From: Myxococcota bacterium
Lineage (GTDB): Bacteria; Myxococcota_A; UBA796; CAJQPC01
Assembly: GCA_036021505.1 (NCBI GenBank)
Contig: JAYXVV010000009.1
Span: 5,600 to 69,599, forward strand
DNA: 64,000 nucleotides
Direction: 5' to 3'
Positions 40,841-50,431 of the stretch are shown here, in pieces (positions within the stretch are counted from its first letter, which is position 1; each line of letters opens with the position of its first letter). The notes under the pieces were generated by a model, which was not told the origin of the DNA, ran no database searches, and saw nothing but the letters and a program-made list of their open reading frames with translations. A program made the translations under genes and the position numbers.

Positions 40841-41685
40841 GATCGGACCTGCCCGATTTGCTTCGCTGGGCGGAAGAACACTGCGGTGTACGACCTCCCC
40901 CCGGGGTGCCCGATCCCCCGGACTACCGAGTCAGTGTCATTATCCCCACCCATCGAAGAGTCCCGATCGGTCTCGAATCCTTCCGAGAGCAAGATTGTGT
41001 CTCCGAGGTCCTCGTGCTCGCGAACGGTGAATTCGACCTCCAAGGAGCCCATGTTCTCCAAGTGCCCTGGCGGGGTCACGGAAAAACACGCCAGGAGGCT
41101 GTGGCCAAGGCAACTGGTGAATTTGTGTTGTTCTCGGTCGACGACGCCCTGCCCATCGGTCAGGGATGCGTCCTGGAGATGGTGAATGCCCTGGTTTCAG
41201 GGGGCTACGATGCGGTCATGGGGAGGCAGATTCCCTGGCCAGACAGCGACAAAATCACCCAGGAACGACTCCACAGCTGGACGCCTCCGGGTGACCGCCA
41301 CCGAATCTGGACGCAGATCGACCATGTTTTCGCCCTCTACCGACGGAGGACGCTCCTTGAGCACCCCCTGCCCGATGTGCCCATCGGCGAGGATCTTCAT
41401 TGGTCCCAAAATCACCGAGTGGGCTACGTCCCAACAGCCCCGATTCTCCATGCCCACAAACGAAGCGCTAGAGCCCTCTATGCGCGCACCAAAGCACTCC
41501 ACACCGAGCACTGCCGCGTGGGTCATCCCCCCCAGGTTCCCAGCTTGAGGGCACTGCTTCACTCCCTCCCGAGTGTTCTGCGAGCGGGTCTGACCTATGG
41601 TCCGCAGGAAATCCCCAACCAAATGGCTGAACTCTTGGGACAGTGGCGCGGTGCCGTGCATGCTCAGAGGCAACTCAGCCCCTGA
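40837..41685 (+). CDS. family 2 glycosyltransferase
   Basis: The ATG overlaps the rfbB TGA (ATGA). VSVIIPTHRR and FSVDDALP motifs are present. Confidence 0.68.
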   Translation: MRSDLPDLLRWAEEHCGVRPPPGVPDPPDYRVSVIIPTHRRVPIGLESFREQDCVSEVLVLANGEFDLQGAHVLQVPWRGHGKTRQEAVAKATGEFVLFSVDDALPIGQGCVLEMVNALVSGGYDAVMGRQIPWPDSDKITQERLHSWTPPGDRHRIWTQIDHVFALYRRRTLLEHPLPDVPIGEDLHWSQNHRVGYVPTAPILHAHKRSARALYARTKALHTEHCRVGHPPQVPSLRALLHSLPSVLRAGLTYGPQEIPNQMAELLGQWRGAVHAQRQLSP

Positions 41686-42343
41686 GGATTGTCCGCACGC
41701 AACCCAGCCCGTAGCGAATCGAGTCAGGCAGAGAGATGGACTGAACCTCCTCGTCGTACCGCGTTCGCTGCGGCCGCTCAGCGAAGACCAATCCCTGAAG
41801 TGCGGAGTGCACAAGGACCTGCTGGTCGAACACGTAGTCGTCGGAGAAATCCGAGAGACTGAGGGCCTGCAGAGCCGAGGCTCGAAAGGCCCGGGCTCCT
41901 GTATGCATGTCGGTCAAGGCAATCCCCAGCCGACGGTTGGCCAGGCCTGTGAGTCCCCGATTGGCCCAGCGTCTCCACCAGGGAATCACCGCCCCACCAT
42001 CGGGCATCAAAAATCGAGACCCGAGCGCCAGATCCGCCTCATCGAGGGCATCCAGAAGTCCGATGCAATCCTCTACCGAGTACTGGTCGTCTCCATGCAC
42101 CAAGACCACCCTTTCTGCACCACGAGCCAAGGCCTCTGTGTAGCCTGTCTTCTGGGCCGCCCCATAGCCTCGATTGTCCGCATGCCGAATCACCACCACC
42201 GACTCAGGAACACCCTCGATCCCTCCGTCTGTACTCCCATCGTCCACCACAATGACCAACAAGGACTCGGGGAGTTTTTGGAGAACTGAGGGCAAGGTTT
42301 GGGCCACGTTGTAGCCCACAACGACGGCGGCATTGAGACTCAT
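41675..42343 (-). CDS. family 2 glycosyltransferase (Dpm1-like)
   Basis: VVDDGSTDG, NRGYGAAQKTG, VHGDDQY. The ATG overlaps the upstream TGA (ATGA at 42340-42343). Confidence 0.75.
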   Translation of the reverse strand: MSLNAAVVVGYNVAQTLPSVLQKLPESLLVIVVDDGSTDGGIEGVPESVVVIRHADNRGYGAAQKTGYTEALARGAERVVLVHGDDQYSVEDCIGLLDALDEADLALGSRFLMPDGGAVIPWWRRWANRGLTGLANRRLGIALTDMHTGARAFRASALQALSLSDFSDDYVFDQQVLVHSALQGLVFAERPQRTRYDEEVQSISLPDSIRYGLGCVRTILRG

Positions 42344-43329
42344 CGAAGGACATCTCCGACACGAATTCGGTTGCGGAGAAGTATGGACCACATCTGGCCC
42401 TCCGATACCTTCCAGCCCTGAGCGTCTTCCCTGCGCTTTCGGAGGGCATCCGGCAGACAGGCTATTCCTGCGAGGAGCCCACCAGCCGTCGCCAGAGCAG
42501 CCCGCTTTCCGACTCCCGAGGCGTAGCCGCGGTTGTTCACCGAAGCCAAAGACAGGCCTGCCAATCGCAGACTGGTCCAGAGCGGCATCGTCATCAAGGC
42601 CGAGGCGGGGAGCGAGCGAACCGCTGCTCGAAACCGATTGCGTTCGACGAGGAACAATTTCTTTGGCGCATAGCGGCCATAGGAAGCGCCAAGGTGGTGC
42701 TGGATCCGCGCTTCAGGAACACTTCGAATGGGAAAACCAGCACGGCGTGCCCGAAGACTGAGATCCACATCCTCTCCGAAGGCCTCCAAATCGCCGTCAA
42801 AAGAACCAACCGTCGACAGAACCTCTCGAGAGACCAGCATGGCTGCACCTGAGCAGGCTCCAATGTCTTGAGCCTGGCTGTAGCGCTCGGAGTCCGGGGC
42901 ACGGCGACCTCGGGCCCAATTGGAACCGTCAGGAAAGAGCCCATGACCGATGTTGTCGAGCCTCCCGCTTCCATCCGCCAACAGGATTTTCGGCTGATAG
43001 AGCCCCGGCTCCACGGCTGCCTCTCGAAGCGCATCCAGAAACCCTGGCTCAGCTAACGTGTCATCATTGAGGAGAAGAATCCATGGATGGATGGAGCGAA
43101 AAAAACCGACGTTGGCGGCCTTGGCGAAACCCACATTTCGTCCCAGGTGGACCACTTCCAGATCGAGACCCTGCAGCGAGGCTTCCCCCACTTCTGCTGA
43201 GATCAGGACTTCCAGCTCGTCTCCCTCGCGAAGCTGCGGGCGAAGACTTTCCACACAGCGGGCAAGCAGGTCGCCCCCGAGATGGCTGATCACCACGATG
43301 GAGAGAGAGTCGGTGGACATCCCGACCAC
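42340..43329 (-). CDS. family 2 glycosyltransferase (rhamnosyltransferase-like)
   Basis: LSIVVISHLGG, NVGFAKAAN, LLLNDDTL. The start is GTG at 43329 or ATG at 43320, 13-22 nt after the dam stop. Confidence 0.75.
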   Translation of the reverse strand: MVGMSTDSLSIVVISHLGGDLLARCVESLRPQLREGDELEVLISAEVGEASLQGLDLEVVHLGRNVGFAKAANVGFFRSIHPWILLLNDDTLAEPGFLDALREAAVEPGLYQPKILLADGSGRLDNIGHGLFPDGSNWARGRRAPDSERYSQAQDIGACSGAAMLVSREVLSTVGSFDGDLEAFGEDVDLSLRARRAGFPIRSVPEARIQHHLGASYGRYAPKKLFLVERNRFRAAVRSLPASALMTMPLWTSLRLAGLSLASVNNRGYASGVGKRAALATAGGLLAGIACLPDALRKRREDAQGWKVSEGQMWSILLRNRIRVGDVLR

Positions 43330-43342
43330 TATATCGGATGAG

Positions 43343-44167
43343 TCAGCGGATCAGCACTTCCGCGACCTTGCCGCGAGCCGAGGCTTTGGAATTGATGGCT
43401 CGCGTCGCATACACCTCTTCAATCTCGAAGTTCTCGTACAAATCGAAAACAGCACCTGCCGATGAATTGGACAGCAGCACGTCCACTTCGCGCGCCTTCA
43501 GGTTCTCCGCAATGTTCCGAAGCTGACGCTGCTCTGAGATCCCAAATCCGTCTTTGGTGTAGGAGGTGAACGAGGAGGTCTCCGAGAGCGGCACATAGGG
43601 GGGATCAAAGTAGACGAAATCCCCAGGCTTTGCGAGCTTGGTGACCTCGGAGAAGCTGGCATGGAGAATCTCGGCTCGCTGCAGGGCCTCAGAGGCCAGC
43701 AACAGTCGGTCCGGGTCGCAGATTCTGGGGTTTTTGTAGCGCCCAAACGGGACATTGAACCCGCCCGATTTGTTCACCCGGTAGAGTCCGTTGAATCCGG
43801 TTTTGTTCAAGTAGATCATCCAAGCGGCCACCTGGGTGTCATCCAGAGCGTCCACATCGATCCGCCGCAACTCTTCAAAGAAGACCCGATCGTGGGGATA
43901 GGTGGCCAACTCAGCGATGAGTTCATCCACGTTGTCCCGGACCGCCCGATACGTTCGAACAAGACGTTCGTTGGTATCGGAAAGGACGGCTTTCTCGGGC
44001 AGAAGCGAGAAAAAGAGCGCTCCTCCCCCCAAGAAGGGCTCGAAATACGTATCAAAGCCACGCGGCACTCTCGCGAGGAGCTCCGGCAAGAGTTGTCGTT
44101 TACCGCCCACCCACTTCAAAAAGGGTTTGGGCTGTTCATTCAGTTTTTCAGCAAGTACAGCAGACAT
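43343..44167 (-). CDS. dam: Dam-family DNA adenine (N6) methyltransferase
   Basis: Colinear with E. coli Dam: FLKWVGGKRQLLPEL, EPFLGGGALFF, LNKTGFNGLYRVN..FNVPFGRY, and catalytic DPPY (FDPPYVPLS). Confidence 0.9.
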   Translation of the reverse strand: MSAVLAEKLNEQPKPFLKWVGGKRQLLPELLARVPRGFDTYFEPFLGGGALFFSLLPEKAVLSDTNERLVRTYRAVRDNVDELIAELATYPHDRVFFEELRRIDVDALDDTQVAAWMIYLNKTGFNGLYRVNKSGGFNVPFGRYKNPRICDPDRLLLASEALQRAEILHASFSEVTKLAKPGDFVYFDPPYVPLSETSSFTSYTKDGFGISEQRQLRNIAENLKAREVDVLLSNSSAGAVFDLYENFEIEEVYATRAINSKASARGKVAEVLIR

Positions 44168-44201
44168 CAAGATCTCAACAAAAACAGCTATCTTGATAGT
44201 A

Positions 44202-46700
44202 CTACCTCGGATCTAGCCAGACCACCCCTCTTGTGCCGTCAACAGTAATTTTTTGCCCTTCATCGAGTTTTTCGAAGACTGCCGGGACATTCACAACCGC
44301 CGGAATTCCATACTCTCGGGCAAGTACAGCACCGTGGGAAAGCAGGGAACCAAGCTCCAAAACCACCGCACCCGCCAAGAGAAACAACGGCGTCCAACCG
44401 GGGTCCGTCGCCACTGCGACCAAGACATCACCTGCTTGAAAGTCACCGGCTTCCTCCGGGGACTTGAGGATTCGAACACGGCCTGTATGCGTCCCTGGTG
44501 AAATGCCCAAGCCTCGGAGACGAGGGTCGCTCGGACCTCGCTCAAAAATCTTCTCCGAATTCAAAAAAACCGGAGGGATCGGCGCGCACGACCATTCCCT
44601 CCACTCCTCTGACCGTTTCCGCGCACGCTCCAGGAGCGTCTCTGAACTCCATCCTTTGTGGAGCTCTTCCTCCCAGAGGTAGGCGACAAGATGACGACTT
44701 TCCTCCCCCCACAATTGCTCCCCGTGACGAAGCAAAATTCCTTTCATCGCAAAGAGCAGGCGATCGAAGGCATAGCGTTGATCCTCCCGCAACTGCAGAT
44801 ACTGCCGAGTCAGCGAGACCAGACCGACCACCAGGCGACCGACCGGTGTGCGAGAGCGACGCCTCAGTTCGGTCATCGCCGAGATGCTGCGTTGCTCTTG
44901 CTCACGAGCGAGTGCGGTGGGATCTGCGAGTGCATTCTCCCGATAAGGTCGCATCAACCGGTGAACAGCCTCTGGATGCTCTGCCCATCGCGGACTGAAA
45001 ACCTCCCAGGACGATGACGAGGCTCGATGTCCATGGCGGCTGAGGAACTCCTCCACATCATCGGTCTGTGCTGCATGGAACAGATCCCGGTTGACTTCCT
45101 GGGTGCGGTTTTCGACAGGACACCGCAGCAGGTCCGATCGCAAATCTGGCTCCAGAGTACTCTCCGCGAGTTGATAAAAAATGTTGGCGTAGAGCAGGGA
45201 GCAAATGTGGATTTTGATGTAGTCGCGCAGCAGTTCATTGGCCTGTTCAAGCTGCTCAAGCGGATCCCCGAGCGGATCTTCAAGCACCGCGAGCTGGTCA
45301 TCGAGTTTGTTCTCAAATTCGATCCATGCTCTCGGGTTGGACAGGGGATTCCAACGAAAGCGTTGCCACCTTTTCTGACGAACCGTCTCCCAGAGAATGG
45401 ATCGGTACACCTTGAAGCTCGGGGAGGCTGCTCGACGCCTCAACCACCGACGCTCCTCTGCGGGAGGCAAAAACTCGAGCAGGAAGCGCGGCGGTGGCGC
45501 TCCGGGAAACTTGAAGAGCAGGTGACGAAACACCGTCACATTGAAATACGGTCGACCCCGGTGGAGCTTGGTGGGTGGTGCCCCACCCAGGTAGGCTTCC
45601 GAGGTGCTTTTGTACTCAATAAACTCGTGCAGAGCCCGCTGAACAAGACTCCAGCCCATGGGTGTTGCCGGCTCCGTCCAACGCTCACCAAAAAAACGAC
45701 GGGTCCAGAGAACTTCTTCTCCTCGCTCCGGACTTTTTGCGGTGATGGGTCTGGACTGGAGGACAAAAACCTCTCCCCGGTTGTCCATGGCCCATTCGAT
45801 GTCTTGTGGCTGCTGAGCCAGTGCTTCCGCTCTCAACCCCATGCGGCCAATTTTTCGGGCATCCTCCTCTCTCAGAGCCGCCTCTTCCGATTGCTCCAAG
45901 TCTCTCCACTCCAAGCCCCCTGTAGGACTGGTGTACAAGGCCCGTGACTGGCCGCCCGGCTGGTACTCCAAGGCCTCCACCTGAACCCGCGCAAGCACCC
46001 TCTGCACCGGTCGAGGCGTTTTTCTGGGACGCCTCAGCAGAAAGCGATCGGGTCTTACCCGGCCCGAGACCAAGGCCTCTCCTTGCCCCCAACAGGACTC
46101 CAGCACCATTTCTCGCCAACTGCCCGTCATCGGATTGATGGTGAACAGTACACCCGCACTTCTGGCAAAGATCTGCTTCTGGATCACCACCGCCATTCCA
46201 GCAGCCAGCATCGCCTCCTTCCCCCGATAAGACCGTGCATCTTCCGAGTACCAGCTCACCCAACACGCCCGGATCGCCTCAAAAAGCTCTGTAGGGGTTC
46301 GAACGTTGAGGCGAGATTCGTATTGCCCTGCAAAAGAGAGTGCCTCTCCATCCTCGTCGATGGCCGAGGAGCGCACAGCGATGGCCTGACCCGGAGCCCC
46401 CAGTCCGATCCGCTGAGCCTCTGCGCTCACCAAAGTGCGCAGGCGCTCCGGAATTTCACCCGAGAGCACACCGTCTCGAAAATGCTGGATTCCTGCTGAG
46501 TTGTCTGGCTCAATCGTTTGGTCAGGACTCGTGAGGAGACGATTGTGTGAAAGAAACAGCCGCATTGCCTCAACAGTGACCACGACGGCCTCGGGAACAG
46601 GCATGCCCGCCGCATGCATTCTTGCCAGCGAAGAGGCCTTGCAGCCCACCTCGGAGAGAGGCGGTCTCAGATCCGCATCAATGGGGTAGACCAAGCTCAC
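44202..46700 (-). CDS. PEP-utilising enzyme (PEP synthase / rifampicin-phosphotransferase-like architecture)
   Basis: The N-terminus is a PPDK_N-type ATP-grasp (VGCKASSLARM..GMPVPEAVVV). The C-terminus is a swivel His domain (ATDPGWTPLF..GSLLSHGAVLAREYGIPAVV). GTG start. Confidence 0.78.
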   Translation of the reverse strand: MSLVYPIDADLRPPLSEVGCKASSLARMHAAGMPVPEAVVVTVEAMRLFLSHNRLLTSPDQTIEPDNSAGIQHFRDGVLSGEIPERLRTLVSAEAQRIGLGAPGQAIAVRSSAIDEDGEALSFAGQYESRLNVRTPTELFEAIRACWVSWYSEDARSYRGKEAMLAAGMAVVIQKQIFARSAGVLFTINPMTGSWREMVLESCWGQGEALVSGRVRPDRFLLRRPRKTPRPVQRVLARVQVEALEYQPGGQSRALYTSPTGGLEWRDLEQSEEAALREEDARKIGRMGLRAEALAQQPQDIEWAMDNRGEVFVLQSRPITAKSPERGEEVLWTRRFFGERWTEPATPMGWSLVQRALHEFIEYKSTSEAYLGGAPPTKLHRGRPYFNVTVFRHLLFKFPGAPPPRFLLEFLPPAEERRWLRRRAASPSFKVYRSILWETVRQKRWQRFRWNPLSNPRAWIEFENKLDDQLAVLEDPLGDPLEQLEQANELLRDYIKIHICSLLYANIFYQLAESTLEPDLRSDLLRCPVENRTQEVNRDLFHAAQTDDVEEFLSRHGHRASSSSWEVFSPRWAEHPEAVHRLMRPYRENALADPTALAREQEQRSISAMTELRRRSRTPVGRLVVGLVSLTRQYLQLREDQRYAFDRLLFAMKGILLRHGEQLWGEESRHLVAYLWEEELHKGWSSETLLERARKRSEEWREWSCAPIPPVFLNSEKIFERGPSDPRLRGLGISPGTHTGRVRILKSPEEAGDFQAGDVLVAVATDPGWTPLFLLAGAVVLELGSLLSHGAVLAREYGIPAVVNVPAVFEKLDEGQKITVDGTRGVVWLDPR

Positions 46701-46783
46701 ATGGGTCTCTAACCACAGGACAAGCCCTTCCGTCCATGGTTAAAGACTACACCGATAGATCCCCTTCAACCCCCGGAGTGCTC

Positions 46784-48409
46784 ATGTCAACAGCGGACGG
46801 TATCTTTTCTCCTCCAATCCCCGTCAACGAGCCAGTGCGCGGGTATGCACCCGGGAGCGTTGAACGCGCAAGCATCCAAGCTCGACTCGAGAGCATGGGC
46901 AACGAAAAATGGGATCTGCCCAATGTGATTGGTGGAGAGCATCGCAGGAGCAACAACACCATCGACGTGGTCGAGCCCCACCAACACAGCAACGTGATTG
47001 GTCACCTGCACCTCGCCTCCGAGGTCGACATTCAGGACGCCTTCAACGCTGCCGCCGCCGCAAAAGAAGACTGGGCCAACGCGTCATGGGAGGACCGCGC
47101 CGCAGTGTTCCTCAAGGCGGCCGAATTGCTCCAAGGCCCGTGGCGAGACGAAATGAATGCCTCGACAATGCTGGGGCAATCCAAGACCGTCCATCAAGCT
47201 GAAATCGATGCCGCCTGCGAATTGATCGATTTCTGGCGCTACAACGTCGCCTTCGCGCGTCAGATCATTGCGGAGCAACCCCAATCCACGTCGCAGATTT
47301 GGAATCGCTCAGACCATCGTCCCCTTGAGGGCGTTGTGGCAGCGATAAGCCCTTTCAACTTCACCTCGATCGCAGCCAACCTGCCCACCGCTCCTGCTCT
47401 TATGGGCAATACCGTCGTCTGGAAGCCCTCGAATACCCAAGCGCACTCTGCCAACGTCATCATCCGGCTTTTGGAGACCGCAGGGCTTCCCAAAGGCGTC
47501 ATCAACCTTGTCCACGAAAACGGTCCCCAGTTCGGTGAGGCGATGCTCAACCGCAGGGACCTCGCCGGTGTCCACTTTACAGGCTCTACAGAAACCTTCC
47601 AGAGCATCTGGAAAGGCATCGCTGGACGACTCGAGACCTACCGCTCCTACCCAAGACTGGTTGGGGAAACCGGTGGAAAAGACTTTATTTTGGCCCATCC
47701 TTCCGCCGATCCCGAGAGTCTCGCGGTCGCAATCTGTCGCGGGGGATTTGAGTTCCAAGGGCAGAAGTGCTCGGCAGCGAGCCGGATCTATCTTCCCTCC
47801 AACTTGGCCAACACGGTGATCGAACGATGCCAAGGCATCATCTCCGAGATGAACATGGGAGACGTTCGAGACTTCTCCAATTTTCTCTCCGCAGTCATCG
47901 ATCGGAAAAGCTTCGATAAAATCAGCCGCTATGTGGATCTTGCGAAGTCCACAGCGCAGGTGCTGACGGGCGGCAATTGCGAAGACTCTCAGGGATTCTT
48001 CATCGAACCCACACTCGTGCAGGTTGACGACCCCAAGCATCGTCTGATGGAAGAAGAAATCTTTGGACCCCTCGTGAGCGTCTACGTCTACAACGAGACT
48101 GATTTTGAGGCGGCCTGCAAGCTGGTGGACACCACCAGCCCCTATGCTCTGACGGGGGCCGTCTTTGCGCAAGATCGCCACGTTCTGTCGAAAGCCAGCG
48201 ATGCTCTTCGCTATTCTGCTGGGAATTTCTACCTCAACGACAAACCCACGGGAGCGGTGGTCGGAATGCAGCCTTTTGGCGGGGGTCGTACCTCTGGAAC
48301 CAATGACAAAGCAGGCAGTGTACTCAACCTCCTTCGCTGGGTGAGTCCTCGATCGATCAAGGAAAATCTCGTCCCACCAGTCGATTGGAAGTACCCGTTT
48401 CTCGGGTGA
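46784..48409 (+). CDS. pruA: L-glutamate gamma-semialdehyde (1-pyrroline-5-carboxylate) dehydrogenase
   Basis: ALDH fold: WKPS, ETGGKDF, catalytic FEFQGQKCSA. The N-terminus NEPVRGYAPGS is typical of P5CDH. Confidence 0.86.
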   Translation: MSTADGIFSPPIPVNEPVRGYAPGSVERASIQARLESMGNEKWDLPNVIGGEHRRSNNTIDVVEPHQHSNVIGHLHLASEVDIQDAFNAAAAAKEDWANASWEDRAAVFLKAAELLQGPWRDEMNASTMLGQSKTVHQAEIDAACELIDFWRYNVAFARQIIAEQPQSTSQIWNRSDHRPLEGVVAAISPFNFTSIAANLPTAPALMGNTVVWKPSNTQAHSANVIIRLLETAGLPKGVINLVHENGPQFGEAMLNRRDLAGVHFTGSTETFQSIWKGIAGRLETYRSYPRLVGETGGKDFILAHPSADPESLAVAICRGGFEFQGQKCSAASRIYLPSNLANTVIERCQGIISEMNMGDVRDFSNFLSAVIDRKSFDKISRYVDLAKSTAQVLTGGNCEDSQGFFIEPTLVQVDDPKHRLMEEEIFGPLVSVYVYNETDFEAACKLVDTTSPYALTGAVFAQDRHVLSKASDALRYSAGNFYLNDKPTGAVVGMQPFGGGRTSGTNDKAGSVLNLLRWVSPRSIKENLVPPVDWKYPFLG

Positions 48410-48737
48410 TTCCCGATCTTTATCCCCAAGAAAGGGTCCTGAACCCTTGACACGAGGATTCTGACGGCTACATTCTCGCTACGGCACGCTTCGTGGTTGC
48501 ACCGAGCGGGTCGTTTTCAGCGCGGGTTGGTGAGCAAACCTTCCCCCTTGGTTGCCTTCTCCTCGCGTCTCGTTCCACGTGTCTTTACCTGGACACATGT
48601 CTACTTCCCCTTCGGAGCCTCTCCAAGGAGTGCCTTGAGCCCAACCGCTCAATCGGCAGCTGGTCCCCAGACAGACCTCCCCGTGCCCGTCGGCCGTGTC
48701 TCAGCCAAACCACAAGTCGACTCGACACACCACCATC

Positions 48738-50423
48738 ATGCAAGTCCGACCCGACAATCCGGTCATCGTTCAAGGTGACGGCAAAGTTCTCCTGGAAACC
48801 ACCCACTCGAGGTACGAGGAAGCGCGCGACTTTCTCGCACGCTTTGCCGAGCTGGAGGCGAGTCCTGAGCTCCTCCACACCTACCGAATCACTCCACTCT
48901 CTCTCTGGAATGCCGCCTGCTCCGGGATGACCAAAGACGATATTGTGGATCGCTTGCGTAGCCTCACCAAGTTCGACATCCCCCCAGACGTCCTCCAGAA
49001 CGTCTCGGATACGATCGAGCGCTATGGGCTGGTAAAACTCAAACCCCATCCCAATGATCCAGAGACCACCATTCGTCTGGAGTTCCACAACGCCTACGTT
49101 GCAAAACTCGTGAGCCAGGAGCCTTCGGTTCAGGAATTCCTGATGGAGGACGGGCGACGCAACTGGGCCATCCATGCAGGTCACCGTGGCATTTTCAAGC
49201 AGCGGATGCTCGCAGCGAACTGGCCTGTTGAAGACCTCGTAGGCTTCCTGCCCGGAGAGCATCTCGAAGTGAAACTTCGAGACACCATGCGAGGATCAGG
49301 CGGTCCTTTTGCGGTCCGACCCTACCAAGCGGAAGCGGGAGCACGATGGCACCTGATGGGTCTCCCCGCAGGCGGCCATGGCGTGGTTGTTCTTCCCTGC
49401 GGTGCAGGCAAGACAATCGTCGCTATGGAATCGATGCGACTGTGTCAGACCCACACCCTCATTCTGGCCACCAACGAAGCCGCAGTGAACCAGTGGGTTC
49501 GCGAGCTCATCGACAAAACCCACCTGACTGAAGACCAAGTCGGCGCCTACATGGGGACCAAAAAGGAAATCAAACCGGTCACCGTGGCGACCTATCAGAT
49601 CTTGACTTGGCGGCGCTCCAAGGACGCGGATTTCGAACATCTTCATCTCTTCGAAGACCACAACTGGGGACTCCTCATCTACGACGAGGTCCACCTTCTT
49701 CCGGCCCCTGTCTTTGGTGCAACAGCCACCTTGCAGGGTCGACGCCGGCTGGGCCTAACGGCCACCTTGGTTCGTGAGGACGGTCGTGAAGCCGACGTGT
49801 TCGCTCTCGTGGGTCCCAAACGCTACGATCTTCCTTGGCAAATGCTGGAGAGGGGCGGATTTATCGCCGAGGCCAACTGCCACGAGGTCCGGGTTCCTTT
49901 CCTGAATGGAGGCTACGAAAAATACGAGGCCTCGAATGAGCAAACCAAGTTCCGCTTTGCCTCGACCAACCCGAATAAAATGCCCGCGATCAAGACGCTG
50001 GTCGATCGACACCGAGGCGACAACATTCTCATCATCGGCACCTATCTTGAACAACTCGAGGCCATCGCTCGAAAGTTCCGTGCCCCACTGATCACAGGAA
50101 AGACCCCTCATCGCGAGCGAGATGTCTTGTTCAAAGACTTCCGAGAAGGGCGGTCCAAACTCTTGGTCGTGTCCAAGGTGGCCAACTTTTCCATCGATCT
50201 TCCAGATGCCAACGTGGCCATTCAAGTGTCTGGAACCTTTGGTTCTCGACAAGAAGAAGCCCAGCGTCTCGGCCGCATCCTTCGTCCCAAGAAGAAGGGC
50301 ACCAAAGCCCACTTCTACACCATTGTGACCTCTGAAACCAAAGAGCAGGAATTCGCACTCAAGCGCCAGCTCTTCTTGACTGAGCAGGGCTATCGATACT
50401 CCATCGAGACGCCCAACTCCTGA
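48738..50423 (+). CDS. XPB/Ssl2-type SF2 DNA repair helicase
   Basis: The N-terminus is a damage-recognition-like domain. Motif I LPCGAGKT, motif II DEVH, and the XPB-specific RED motif (TLVREDGRE). C-terminus FYTIVTSETKEQEF. Confidence 0.9.
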   Translation: MQVRPDNPVIVQGDGKVLLETTHSRYEEARDFLARFAELEASPELLHTYRITPLSLWNAACSGMTKDDIVDRLRSLTKFDIPPDVLQNVSDTIERYGLVKLKPHPNDPETTIRLEFHNAYVAKLVSQEPSVQEFLMEDGRRNWAIHAGHRGIFKQRMLAANWPVEDLVGFLPGEHLEVKLRDTMRGSGGPFAVRPYQAEAGARWHLMGLPAGGHGVVVLPCGAGKTIVAMESMRLCQTHTLILATNEAAVNQWVRELIDKTHLTEDQVGAYMGTKKEIKPVTVATYQILTWRRSKDADFEHLHLFEDHNWGLLIYDEVHLLPAPVFGATATLQGRRRLGLTATLVREDGREADVFALVGPKRYDLPWQMLERGGFIAEANCHEVRVPFLNGGYEKYEASNEQTKFRFASTNPNKMPAIKTLVDRHRGDNILIIGTYLEQLEAIARKFRAPLITGKTPHRERDVLFKDFREGRSKLLVVSKVANFSIDLPDANVAIQVSGTFGSRQEEAQRLGRILRPKKKGTKAHFYTIVTSETKEQEFALKRQLFLTEQGYRYSIETPNS

Positions 50424-50431
50424 AAACGCCC

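Noticed and set aside
43343-46700. Dam plus the large neighbouring gene as a type II or type I restriction-modification system
   Set aside because: The large gene has clear PEP/pyruvate-binding and swivel-His domains and no nuclease, helicase or specificity-subunit motifs. GATC is not depleted in the window.
48525-48540. GGTTGGTGAGCAAACC upstream of the XPB operon as a possible LexA/SOS box
   Set aside because: Only the outer GGTT/AACC are palindromic, and the length does not match the LexA boxes I remember for deltaproteobacterial groups. This is too weak to call.
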